Below are positions 1-8,802 of a stretch of DNA of 64,000 nt, piece after piece; the stretch's first letter is position 1, and the number at the start of each line of letters is the position of its first letter. The position numbers and the translations under genes were made by a program. The stretch comes from a virus. The notes beneath the pieces are model-generated. The model saw only the letters and a program-made list of their open reading frames with translations. It had not been told where the DNA came from and ran no database searches. The stretch is taken from positions 600 through 64,599 of IMG/VR virus record IMGVR_UViG_3300032893_000037, one strand, 5' to 3'.

Positions 1-1414
1 CTGCGTGCTGCTGTCCGGCCTGCACGTGCAGCAGGTGTGTCAGCCAATCGCCTTCCCACACATGGGCACCGACGTGTTTCAGGCTGATCGTCGGGTCGAC
101 GTAAACCTTGCCGCCGATAGCACGCCAACGATGGCAGGCAGCAAAGTCCTCACTCTTGTAGCGGCGATGCACCACAATCGGATTGAAGATCGCGTATTCG
201 GGGCGCCCGTCATCGCCCGAGTATTCGAGATCGCGGTAGGCGTCGGCCATGCGGTTCGCCCAGTTCTTCGACGCGAGCGCAAACGCCATTCCGATGTCGG
301 AAACTTCGAAAAGCCCGGTCGCCGCCTCTTGCCGCATTGGCATGGCACGCCCGGCACCATCCGAGTTCTGCACTGCGAACGACGGCGGGAACACCTTGCG
401 CGGACCAGCCGCCGCCACGAAATCGCGCTGGTAGGTAAAAAGCCGGATCACGTCCTGCGGACGCCAGCCCATGTCGTCATCGATTGAGAGAAGATGCGTG
501 CAGCTGGAGCGGTGGAACATGCCGAAGATTTTCGAACGCGCCAAAGCGATGTCGGAGCAATACGGCAGAAACGCGGTATTGACCGACGCGCCGCACTCAC
601 GCAACCCGGCAACCGTACCGTAGAGCGACTGGAGATACACGAGTTCCGGACGACCGGCGCCCATGGGCGTGCCAATCATCACGTTGACGCCGGAGAGATC
701 GGGCAGCGGCTGCGCTACACCGTATCGCAGCAGCAGCTCCCCGATCCTCGCAGCCGCGGCCAAGCGTTCCTGCTCTTTCCAAACGATGAAGGCGCTGTCG
801 TCGTAGGCCCAGAACGAGTTGGTATGCGCCAGCGTGGCGTCCAATCCGTTCGTCCACGAGCCGTGGTCATGCCGGACGAGAATGTCCATGCGGCATTCCC
901 AGATGCCGGTGATCTTGTGCAGCTCTTCCCAGACGTTATCGATGAAGAAGTGCTTGAGCCCTTGGGGAAAGAGATACCCGACTGCGCGCACAAGATCGCC
1001 GGACCAGACCGTCGCGCCGTTGAACTTCTGCGGCGCGTACTTTCCGTCGTCGGTGGAAACGCAATTCCAGCCGGTCAGCGCCTCGATGCACTTCTTGTCC
1101 CAGTCTTGCGTGACCGGAACAAGATCGTCTGCGAGCCAGCCGACCCATTCCATGTCGGCAGTAAAGACTCTTGCCAGCGCTTGTTCTGTCGCATCACGGC
1201 AGCACCCTCCGGGCACTACCAAGATCGACCAGTGTTCTGGCAACGCCAGGGTGTCGTATGCCGCCGCGTTTTTCGCGTGGTCAGCCTCATCTACTACGAC
1301 TACACCCGGCGTTGTCATTCCCGCCCGCATCGCCGCCTCAAAGAATCGAGGCAGGTTGGTGGTCGGTCGGTTGAAAGTCGGAAGGAGCCAAAGCCCCTTT
1401 GCGTTTGCGTCCAT
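1..1414 (-). CDS. Two-domain GT-A (GT2-like) glycosyltransferase, runs off the left edge (absent from ORF track)
   Basis: Manual translation from ATG 1414 (TAATG overlap with upstream stop). Domain 1: LLPTFNRP...WLADDLVP. Domain 2: VMIGTP...LSIDDDMGW...SEDFAACHRWRAIGGKVYVDPTISLKHVG. No stop before position 1. Confidence 0.85.
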   Translation of the reverse strand, partial: MDANAKGLWLLPTFNRPTTNLPRFFEAAMRAGMTTPGVVVVDEADHAKNAAAYDTLALPEHWSILVVPGGCCRDATEQALARVFTADMEWVGWLADDLVPVTQDWDKKCIEALTGWNCVSTDDGKYAPQKFNGATVWSGDLVRAVGYLFPQGLKHFFIDNVWEELHKITGIWECRMDILVRHDHGSWTNGLDATLAHTNSFWAYDDSAFIVWKEQERLAAAARIGELLLRYGVAQPLPDLSGVNVMIGTPMGAGRPELVYLQSLYGTVAGLRECGASVNTAFLPYCSDIALARSKIFGMFHRSSCTHLLSIDDDMGWRPQDVIRLFTYQRDFVAAAGPRKVFPPSFAVQNSDGAGRAMPMRQEAATGLFEVSDIGMAFALASKNWANRMADAYRDLEYSGDDGRPEYAIFNPIVVHRRYKSEDFAACHRWRAIGGKVYVDPTISLKHVGAHVWEGDWLTHLLHVQAGQQHA

Positions 1415-1713
1415 TATTTCGTCCTGTAGGAGAATTCGAGCGCGACGAGCGGGATCACCACCAGCACGCAGTAGATGCCCAAGATCACCGCGGACATCGT
1501 GGTCTGAGAAAGTTCGGTCATTACGGCCAGAGCGAACGCGCCCAGCAGGCTCATGAAGAGCAACATTCGCGCACTCACTGCGAAACCCATCGCGGCGAAC
1601 GCAGCGAGCATGACTTCACCGACACCGGGCTTCTCAACGACGGTGCGGATTTCAATCTGTGGAGGCGGAGGCGTCGAAGGTGTCGGCGGGGAGGAATTCG
1701 ACTCCCGTTCCAT
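1414..1713 (-). CDS. Small membrane protein (2-3 TM)
   Basis: Hydrophobic segments VMLAAFAAMGFAVSARMLLFMSLLGAFALAV and AVILGIYCVLVVIPLVAL; start uncertain. Confidence 0.6.
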   Translation of the reverse strand: MERESNSSPPTPSTPPPPQIEIRTVVEKPGVGEVMLAAFAAMGFAVSARMLLFMSLLGAFALAVMTELSQTTMSAVILGIYCVLVVIPLVALEFSYRTK

Positions 1714-1963
1714 TGTTATTTCTGTGGCGCTTAGTCGTCGTACGTTTGAGCTTTCGCTGGAGGTCTTCAAACTCGGATTTCCTTTCGTCCTCTTCCCCGC
1801 CCAGCTTCAGGCGCGGGTTGTAATATGAGACGACAGCCTGGAACGCGCGGATTTGATCCTGCGGCTCGCAGACAACGAGAGTGCCGTCCTTCGGGAAATA
1901 GCGGTCCAGTAGCGCAATGGCAGCTTCGTCCATGCGCTCCATGAGAGTGTTTTTCTTGCTCAT
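1652..1963 (-). CDS. Hypothetical protein
   Basis: ORF in operon orientation, protein-like composition. Confidence 0.55.
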   Translation of the reverse strand: MSKKNTLMERMDEAAIALLDRYFPKDGTLVVCEPQDQIRAFQAVVSYYNPRLKLGGEEDERKSEFEDLQRKLKRTTTKRHRNNNGTGVEFLPADTFDASASTD

Positions 1964-2033
1964 CTATATCGCTTGAGTGGGATGCGAACCGGGATGCGTT
2001 TCAGCCAAATCGGCAGGCGCGGTTTCCAGCGGT

Positions 2034-4037
2034 TCATTCTGGTGGCGGCGTCTGTTCGTATGCAGCCGGGTTCGCCTGCGCAGCACCGGCGCTGCCGACA
2101 CGCTTGCCCGCCTTCTCCATCATCTGCACGACACGCGACAGCAAGCGCAAAGACTGCGGTCTGGAACGAAGCTCCTCTGCCAGTTCTTTTGGCGGCAACA
2201 TGAGCAGGCGACCAACCTCATCGCGGGCCTCGATGCTCATTGGGCCAGTTTGCATGAATGCAAAGAAGCGGCCCATCTCACGCTTCAAAGCGTCTGCGAG
2301 GCGGAAATTCGCAGCGTGGCCCATGCCGCCCGCCTTATACATCGCGGCATGTGCAAGATCGTTCGCCAGAGCCGTAAACCGACCCTGCTCTTCCCCGGCA
2401 TTGAGCACTTCGCTCGTCACCGATCCGGTGCCGGGCATTGCGCGTTTCTCAAACGCGGCCATGTCGGCTTCAGTCTTGAAGCGACCGATGAGCTGCTGCG
2501 CCCGTTCCTCGCCGTACGTTGTCGCGAGTTTTTCCTTGATGCGCGCCGTTTCCAGCATTGTGGGCTTCAACCTGCCCTGCTGCGCCAGCTCGAAAATCTT
2601 GTTGGCGACGCCGCCCATCAGCGCCTTGTGCTCTGTCGGGTTCATCCGAGCCACGATGTTGCGATAATCGTGCTCGTTCACATTGTCATCAAACAGCGCT
2701 TCAGAGCCTTTGTCGTATGCGTTGCGGGCCTGCATATAATCTGCGGCTTCCGAGCGGGCATGGGCATAAACCGGGTTGAGCTTGTCGACTTCGCCCAGCA
2801 TCGCCGTGCGCAGATCAAGGATCGCTTTGGTTTCCTCATTCATGTTGAGGCGCTGGGTCAGCGGATTCGTATATGGCGGCTCCCGCAAGATGGCATCGAT
2901 CCCGCGCTTGGCTGCGTCCCACGTCCGCCACGTTGGCATTTTCCCAAGCACCGGCTCACCAGCGCCAGTGAACTTGATGATGCCGTACGCACTCGGATCG
3001 ATGCGCTCACCTTTCGCCCGCGCCTCGCGGATGGCGATGTTGATGCCGCGCCGCATTCCCGCCTGCACCAACGGGTCTTCTGCGATGATTTGCAGATGAT
3101 CACTGATACGTTCCGGGTAGAACCATGCGGCTGAATAATACGGGCTCGCATTCTCGCGGCCTTGCTCAACCAAGGCATCGAGGTCACCGCGCGCAACGCG
3201 AGGATCGATGCCGGTTGCGGTCGACACGTCGTGGTAAAACCGCTCGCGCCGCTGGACGATACGATTGAGCAACGCGCCTTCCAGCTTGTCCGCCGTTGCA
3301 CCTTCGCGACGCCCGAGCGCAGTAACAGCCTGATGGCCTTGGCGTCCTACAGCCTCCGCACCCATCACTGGCTTGCCGAACGCCTTGTCGCCGTATGCTG
3401 CGATTTCCTCTGGTGTCTTCTTCGCCTGACTGGCGAGCCGCGACACGTAATCGAGCGCGCGGCCCTTTGCTCCGCGCAGCGCAGGCGACAACGCCGAGCC
3501 CGCTGCGCCAAGCAGATGGTGCGTGGCGCCGCCGCCAAGCATTCCAAGCGTCACATCTCCTGCTACGCCTGGAAGCGAGTGGGAATGGCCGGTGAGCCCG
3601 CCGATAGCGGCGCCTGCCGCCCACGGATTTTCGATTGCGACCGGAAGCGTGGCCGCAAGCTCGCCTGCAAACCGCCCCACTTCGCCGGGCTTGTACTTCT
3701 CTTCTTGATGGGCGAAGTAATTCTGATGTGCGCCTTCAGTCTCTTCCTCTGAGGCGAGACCGATAGAGCGTCCCATTATGTCGATGGCCTCGCCCGCACC
3801 GCCGCCGAACGGGATCGACAGCGTGTTTGCCAGCCATTTCGTGCCTGACGCAGCGCGATCCCAAACATTCACCGCGCCCTCTTCCGCACCAAGCACTTGG
3901 CTCGTCGGCAATTCGGGTGGCGGCAGACTTTCGATCTGCTGCTGGGCATACTCGTAAATCTGATCTTGCGTTGCGCCTGCGGGCGCGTTGACGCGGATTT
4001 TCCGTCCGTCCGGCGAGGTAACGTCGACGGTTGGCAT
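2034..4037 (-). CDS. Internal virion / DNA ejection protein
   Basis: 667 aa, helical and Ala-rich; N-terminus MPTVDVTSPDGRKIRVNAPAGATQDQI is typical of podovirus internal proteins; position after tail genes. Confidence 0.7.
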   Translation of the reverse strand: MPTVDVTSPDGRKIRVNAPAGATQDQIYEYAQQQIESLPPPELPTSQVLGAEEGAVNVWDRAASGTKWLANTLSIPFGGGAGEAIDIMGRSIGLASEEETEGAHQNYFAHQEEKYKPGEVGRFAGELAATLPVAIENPWAAGAAIGGLTGHSHSLPGVAGDVTLGMLGGGATHHLLGAAGSALSPALRGAKGRALDYVSRLASQAKKTPEEIAAYGDKAFGKPVMGAEAVGRQGHQAVTALGRREGATADKLEGALLNRIVQRRERFYHDVSTATGIDPRVARGDLDALVEQGRENASPYYSAAWFYPERISDHLQIIAEDPLVQAGMRRGINIAIREARAKGERIDPSAYGIIKFTGAGEPVLGKMPTWRTWDAAKRGIDAILREPPYTNPLTQRLNMNEETKAILDLRTAMLGEVDKLNPVYAHARSEAADYMQARNAYDKGSEALFDDNVNEHDYRNIVARMNPTEHKALMGGVANKIFELAQQGRLKPTMLETARIKEKLATTYGEERAQQLIGRFKTEADMAAFEKRAMPGTGSVTSEVLNAGEEQGRFTALANDLAHAAMYKAGGMGHAANFRLADALKREMGRFFAFMQTGPMSIEARDEVGRLLMLPPKELAEELRSRPQSLRLLSRVVQMMEKAGKRVGSAGAAQANPAAYEQTPPPE

Positions 4038-5452
4038 TAGTGATCAACCACTGTGTGCGACCAGCCTTTCCATTTCGCAGGATCGGAAGACGGCGCTGGC
4101 GGCTGCTGTTGATGCGGATGCAGACCGGCGAACGCGTTCAGCAAGTCTTGCTGCACATCGCCCGGCGCTTCCTGAAGTACGGTGGCAACCTGATCCGCCT
4201 TCGACAACACGACCTTCAGCACGTAATCCGGGTCGTTGTTTCGGAACAGCGCTTCGGTATCGGTACGCGCCTTGTCTGTCGGCGTGCCGCCGCGGACAAG
4301 AACCTGCGAATATGCGCCGCGGATGTCATTGAGGATTTGGCCGAGGACGCGAGCCCGCGGATCGCCTACGTTGTTCAGGTACGCGTTGATCACCGAGTTC
4401 GCGGTCGGATAGTTCGTGCGCGGCAGCGCCTTCGAAGCATCGAGCGCCATCGGGATCAGACGCTTCATTTCCGACAAGCCGAAGCCTATGCCAGCCGCAC
4501 GCGTACCAACAGCGCGTTCACCGGCTTTCAGTCCTTGGAATTTTGCCTGTGCCGCCGCGATGTCTGCACCCGTTCCGCCCTTTGCCTTGAGGTCTTTCGC
4601 CACTTGCCCTGCAACCATCTGCCGACCCGCAACGCCTATTCCAGCCCCTGCATTCGGCACGCCCGCCTCTGTTTGTTCTGCAACGCTCTTGACTGTATCC
4701 GGGTCAAGCGCGATGCCGGACTGCGCCAAGCTGCCCTTGACAAGTCCTTGCAGCGCCATGAGCTGCTGCACCTTGCTCATTCTCGCCCAGTCCGGAGATT
4801 TCATGAGGCCGATGGCCGCTTGATTGCGGAGATACAGCATCGGAATTTCTTGACTGGCCTTCTCCAATTCCACCTGCAAGCGGCCACTTTCGATCTGAAG
4901 GCGCTTGGCGTCATCGAGCGTGCGGATATACGTTGCATCGGCGCCGAACGCCTTGAAATCAGCATTGAGCGCGGCGCTCCCCGCCTTCTCGTCCGCCTCC
5001 CACAGCTTCACATCTTGGTTCAAGCGGTCCATCTGGAACTTGAACATCTTCTGCATGTTCTCGTTCGACACTTGCCACCGCTGAAACTCTTGCTGCGACT
5101 GCTCAAGATCGCCTTGATGAAACGCGTTCATCACGCCAGCCGCAGCATTCATCGCATTGGTCGCGTGATTGCGCGTCATCAAGCCGCCCAATGCCGCAAC
5201 CATCATCGCAGCGCTGCCCCATGCTTGGGCCGGATTGGTCTGCACTGGCGGCGGCGGTTCACTGAGCTGCGGCGGCTGCATAGCGCGGCCCTGCAAAATG
5301 TCCTGTTCGATGTTGGCGCGCGCGGTTTCGCCAACCGCCTTCGCCTGATCGGCTTCCGAGTGCAGTTCGGCCAGACTGTTTTGCAGCGATCCGCTGCTCT
5401 GCTTCGGCTGGAGTGGCTGTTGTGTTGGCTGAAGTGCGGTTGCCGCATCCAT
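4037..5452 (-). CDS. Internal virion / DNA ejection protein
   Basis: 471 aa Gln/Ala-rich coiled coil, coupled to neighbours. Confidence 0.65.
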   Translation of the reverse strand: MDAATALQPTQQPLQPKQSSGSLQNSLAELHSEADQAKAVGETARANIEQDILQGRAMQPPQLSEPPPPVQTNPAQAWGSAAMMVAALGGLMTRNHATNAMNAAAGVMNAFHQGDLEQSQQEFQRWQVSNENMQKMFKFQMDRLNQDVKLWEADEKAGSAALNADFKAFGADATYIRTLDDAKRLQIESGRLQVELEKASQEIPMLYLRNQAAIGLMKSPDWARMSKVQQLMALQGLVKGSLAQSGIALDPDTVKSVAEQTEAGVPNAGAGIGVAGRQMVAGQVAKDLKAKGGTGADIAAAQAKFQGLKAGERAVGTRAAGIGFGLSEMKRLIPMALDASKALPRTNYPTANSVINAYLNNVGDPRARVLGQILNDIRGAYSQVLVRGGTPTDKARTDTEALFRNNDPDYVLKVVLSKADQVATVLQEAPGDVQQDLLNAFAGLHPHQQQPPAPSSDPAKWKGWSHTVVDH

Positions 5453-5456
5453 GGGA

Positions 5457-6827
5457 TCAGGCCGTTGTTGTCTGGATGAATTGATATGGACGGTTCATGT
5501 TGGCGAGCGAGGACGCGAAGTTCGCAATGCTCGTTCCCCAGTTCTGGTCCTGCTGGATTGAAGTCTGCATCAGCTGGCCCAAGATCGCCGACCCGATCTG
5601 GCTCTGCTGCACGCCCTCTTGATAGAGGTTCTGCGCGACTTGAGCCTTTGCCGCTTCCGCACGAACGGCATTCTCGCCTTGGGTTTGTGCGAGCGACGAC
5701 GAGCCCTCGATGCCCATGCTGGCGTATTGTTGCGCTGCGCCTGCATTCTCTGCTGCAACCGCAGACTTGAAGCCCGCATCGAGGCCCCACGGCAGCGTGC
5801 CGCCGCGCAGATACGACTCCATCTGCTGACCCTGCGAAATGTCTTTGTTCGCCACGGCTTGAAGCTGGCCGTAGCCCGGTGGCTTGCGGTTGCCTTCCAA
5901 CAGGTTCAGGCCAAGTCCGCCGACAGCGAGCAATCCCTGCGGTGATTTCAGAAAGTTTCCGGCCTGCTCACCAAGGCCCGGTGTGCCGCCCGGCGCTGTG
6001 CCGAGCGCGCCAAGCCCTGTTTCCGCTCCCGGCGCAGTCGGTGCGCCAGCTGCGCCAGTCAACGCTTGACCGCCCGCCGCGGCATCAGGATAGCCGGTGC
6101 CCAGCGACTGACCCGTTGGCAGATTTGCGCCACCACCAGATGCCAGTGCAGGGGCGACCGCGGCGCTGCCAACGTTCGTCGGCGCATTCACACCGCTCAC
6201 GTTCGATGCAGCGCCGCTGGCCGCACCGACGCCTTGCGTGCCCGGTGTTGGAGATGTCGCGAGCCCGCCGCCATTCGCCGCGAGTGTTGCGTCCGCGCCA
6301 GGGCCAGCAACAGATGCCGGTGCCGCTGTCCCTGCCGCCGATGCGCCGCCGCCACCTGTAGGCGCGCCCGACGTTGGCGTGGACCCCGGCGACAATGCGC
6401 TTGCTACGAGACCGCTGCCCAATCCGGACAGTGCGCTCGTTGCGAGATTGCGATGCGTTGCGAGCCCGCCAAGAACACCGCCAGCCGTGCCGGTCAGCGC
6501 ATCCGCAGCGGTGGTGCCGATGCCGAGTTCTTGCCCCACAAAGCCCGATGCGCCAAGCGCACCGCCCGTAAGCGCTCCGAACTCCGCGCCTTTAAGCGGG
6601 TTCTTCGGATCAGTGATTGCGCCAAGCGCACCGCCTTCCAACGCGCCCGCGCCGACACCGCCCAGTACATCAGCGGTAGCCTGACCGATGCCGAGCCCTG
6701 CTGGGCCAAGCGCGCCTGCAATCGTCCCGGAGATCGCGGCGTCAGCGGCAGTCGCTGCCGTGCCGACAGCCGCCGCTGCCGAAGAAACCGCGTCAACAAT
6801 GCCTGCAACAACAGCTGAGATGCCCAT
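5457..6827 (-). CDS. Gly/Ala-rich ejection (DNA transfer/pilot-like) protein
   Basis: Gly/Ala-rich hydrophobic N-terminus; first of three ejection-type genes. Confidence 0.65.
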   Translation of the reverse strand: MGISAVVAGIVDAVSSAAAAVGTAATAADAAISGTIAGALGPAGLGIGQATADVLGGVGAGALEGGALGAITDPKNPLKGAEFGALTGGALGASGFVGQELGIGTTAADALTGTAGGVLGGLATHRNLATSALSGLGSGLVASALSPGSTPTSGAPTGGGGASAAGTAAPASVAGPGADATLAANGGGLATSPTPGTQGVGAASGAASNVSGVNAPTNVGSAAVAPALASGGGANLPTGQSLGTGYPDAAAGGQALTGAAGAPTAPGAETGLGALGTAPGGTPGLGEQAGNFLKSPQGLLAVGGLGLNLLEGNRKPPGYGQLQAVANKDISQGQQMESYLRGGTLPWGLDAGFKSAVAAENAGAAQQYASMGIEGSSSLAQTQGENAVRAEAAKAQVAQNLYQEGVQQSQIGSAILGQLMQTSIQQDQNWGTSIANFASSLANMNRPYQFIQTTTA

Positions 6828-6828
6828 G

Positions 6829-7365
6829 TCAGATTAGCTTCTTTGAGTAGCCGATTTCGACTTGATGATGCCCAAGCGCTTGCAGCACAAAGGATGCCTC
6901 CGGATGCTCGCTCTTCAGCGTCGTGTGCATCACCGACACACCCATCCGGCGCAGATGCTCTTCGACTTCCGCAAACATGCGTTTGCCGATGCCCAGCGTG
7001 CGGTAGTCGGGATGGAGCCAGTAGATGTCGGAGATTGCCCACTTGTGCGCCTTGTAGTGATGATGCGGGCGCACGAAGTAGATCGCGTAGCCGACAAGAT
7101 CGTGGTTATTGGTTCGAAGCCCGAAGATCGCGCACATCCCGATCTGATCAGCCCTCGCGTAAAGCGAGAAGTCCGGATCAAGCGGGATGTCTTCGCGGTA
7201 CAGCGCCAGCTCCTTCCAGTGCTCCGGCAGGAGCCGCTGGATGTCGCTGATGATTTCGCCGTACGACTCGCGGAGCAGATGCACCTCAGAGGTGACCGCT
7301 TCTGGCGGCATTAGATGCGCGACTGCCTCCGCTGTTTCTCCGTGATCCGATGACACGTTCTGCAA
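6829..7365 (-). CDS. GNAT-family acetyltransferase
   Basis: ISDIYWLHPDYRTLGIGKRMFAEVEEHL (acetyl-CoA binding motif A), ...LGHHQVEIGYSK. Confidence 0.85.
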   Translation of the reverse strand: MQNVSSDHGETAEAVAHLMPPEAVTSEVHLLRESYGEIISDIQRLLPEHWKELALYREDIPLDPDFSLYARADQIGMCAIFGLRTNNHDLVGYAIYFVRPHHHYKAHKWAISDIYWLHPDYRTLGIGKRMFAEVEEHLRRMGVSVMHTTLKSEHPEASFVLQALGHHQVEIGYSKKLI

Positions 7366-7745
7366 TGCCGTCCTCCGTTCTTATCCATGTATGTGTTGCA
7401 AGGGGTGTATTCATGCCCCTTAGCGCAGTGCGTCTTCGCCACGTTGCGCGACGCGAACGTTTCTCCACGAAGCAGGTTTGTTCTTCTAGTGACTGGCTCC
7501 AGATGCGTAGGATTTACGCAGCAACGGACGCGACACTTATGGTCAAGCTCCAACCCATACGGGATCGGCCCGACGAACGATTCGTAGGAAATCCTGTGTG
7601 CGTAACCGTTACGGCCTTTGCCGAGCGGGAGATCACGGCGCGAATACGCCAACACGCCGTACCCATTCGGACTAACAGCGCCGGTCCACAACCAGCAACC
7701 AGCGTTCATATCGGGCATGACCTTCGAAAGAATTCTTTCGGCCAT
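7311..7745 (-). CDS. HNH homing endonuclease
   Basis: GCWLWTG...AHRISYE...GPIPYGLELDHKCRVRCCVNPTHLEPVT. Confidence 0.9.
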   Translation of the reverse strand: MAERILSKVMPDMNAGCWLWTGAVSPNGYGVLAYSRRDLPLGKGRNGYAHRISYESFVGPIPYGLELDHKCRVRCCVNPTHLEPVTRRTNLLRGETFASRNVAKTHCAKGHEYTPCNTYMDKNGGRHCRTCHRITEKQRRQSRI

Positions 7746-7765
7746 CGCCGCTGTACGGCGCGCCC

Positions 7766-8104
7766 TCAACTCGAAATGCCTAGCCGCTCTTCTGCGTCGC
7801 GATGTTCTTGATAGTGAAGAAACACCCATGCCTCCAGTAGCCGAAGGTTGGTGAGATCGATGTCTTGCAGATTGCTCGCCGTGATGGAGAGCACACCGTC
7901 CATGTCCTCATGGGCCGACTGGTTCTGCTCCAAGAACCATTTCGGCTCATCAAGCGGGATCGGGTAAATCTGATAGACCGGAAGATTGATGGACTTCTGG
8001 TTCTGGATCGCATCACGGATCGCGTCGTGCGACACACGATGGTGCAGAGACCACATGTTCCACTCTTCGAATGTGCGCGGCGTATTCAGGAGAGCGGCTA
8101 GCAT
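7766..8104 (-). CDS. Hypothetical virion-operon protein
   Basis: 112-aa ORF between two HNH genes. Confidence 0.65.
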   Translation of the reverse strand: MLAALLNTPRTFEEWNMWSLHHRVSHDAIRDAIQNQKSINLPVYQIYPIPLDEPKWFLEQNQSAHEDMDGVLSITASNLQDIDLTNLRLLEAWVFLHYQEHRDAEERLGISS

Positions 8105-8580
8105 TTCGCTGTCAGCGCATTTCCTTTACGCAAGTGATACCGTGAGAGATTGCGCGCGCACTTACACTTACGGCACTGTCGGGTATTGCCTTGCATCATC
8201 AGGTTTTGACCCACGAGTTCGTGGCCACGCTTGCAGTGCGTCTTGCGAGCATTCCCTGCCGCTAATGAAACGCCACGGCGGATATTGACTTGACGCGTGA
8301 CGGGCTCAAGGTGCCTGGGGTTTACGCACCAGCGGCAGCGGCACAGATGATCAATATCCAAGCCGAGCGGAATGCTGCCGCGATAAATCTGATACGACAC
8401 CCGATGGGCAAGTGATAGCCGGACGCAATCTTCGGTCTGAAAGTTAGTGTAGAAAACTCCGTAGCCGTTCCGCATGGTCGCGCCTTCCCAAATCCAGCAA
8501 CCAGAGTTTGGCTCACGAAACACTTTTTCTTCGAAGCGCTCCTGCAAACTCTCTCGTCGCGGCCCGGTTTTGAACCGCAT
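8098..8580 (-). CDS. HNH homing endonuclease
   Basis: GCWIWEG...AHRVSYQ...LDIDHLCRCRWCVNPRHLEPVT; paralogue of 7311-7745. Confidence 0.9.
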   Translation of the reverse strand: MRFKTGPRRESLQERFEEKVFREPNSGCWIWEGATMRNGYGVFYTNFQTEDCVRLSLAHRVSYQIYRGSIPLGLDIDHLCRCRWCVNPRHLEPVTRQVNIRRGVSLAAGNARKTHCKRGHELVGQNLMMQGNTRQCRKCKCARNLSRYHLRKGNALTAKC

Positions 8581-8795
8581 TATTCAGCTGTCCTGTTCGC
8601 GTTGGTCCACGCGCCATCTGCCGTAACCTGCGGAGCAGTCGGCCATTTATGGTCGCGATTCCAGCCGCTTTGCGGCCCCGCTTTGCCAGTGCCATTCGGC
8701 GTTTGGCTAGTGAACCCGAGCGGGTTTTGCCCATCTTGAATAATCTGTTCAAACGCGAGTGACTTGCGAGGGCGCTTGCGTGGCATCTTGTCCAT
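8580..8795 (-). CDS. Small hypothetical protein
   Basis: MDKMPRKRPRK...; SD-like gaggtg upstream. Confidence 0.5.
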   Translation of the reverse strand: MDKMPRKRPRKSLAFEQIIQDGQNPLGFTSQTPNGTGKAGPQSGWNRDHKWPTAPQVTADGAWTNANRTAE

Positions 8796-8802
8796 ATTCA
8801 CC

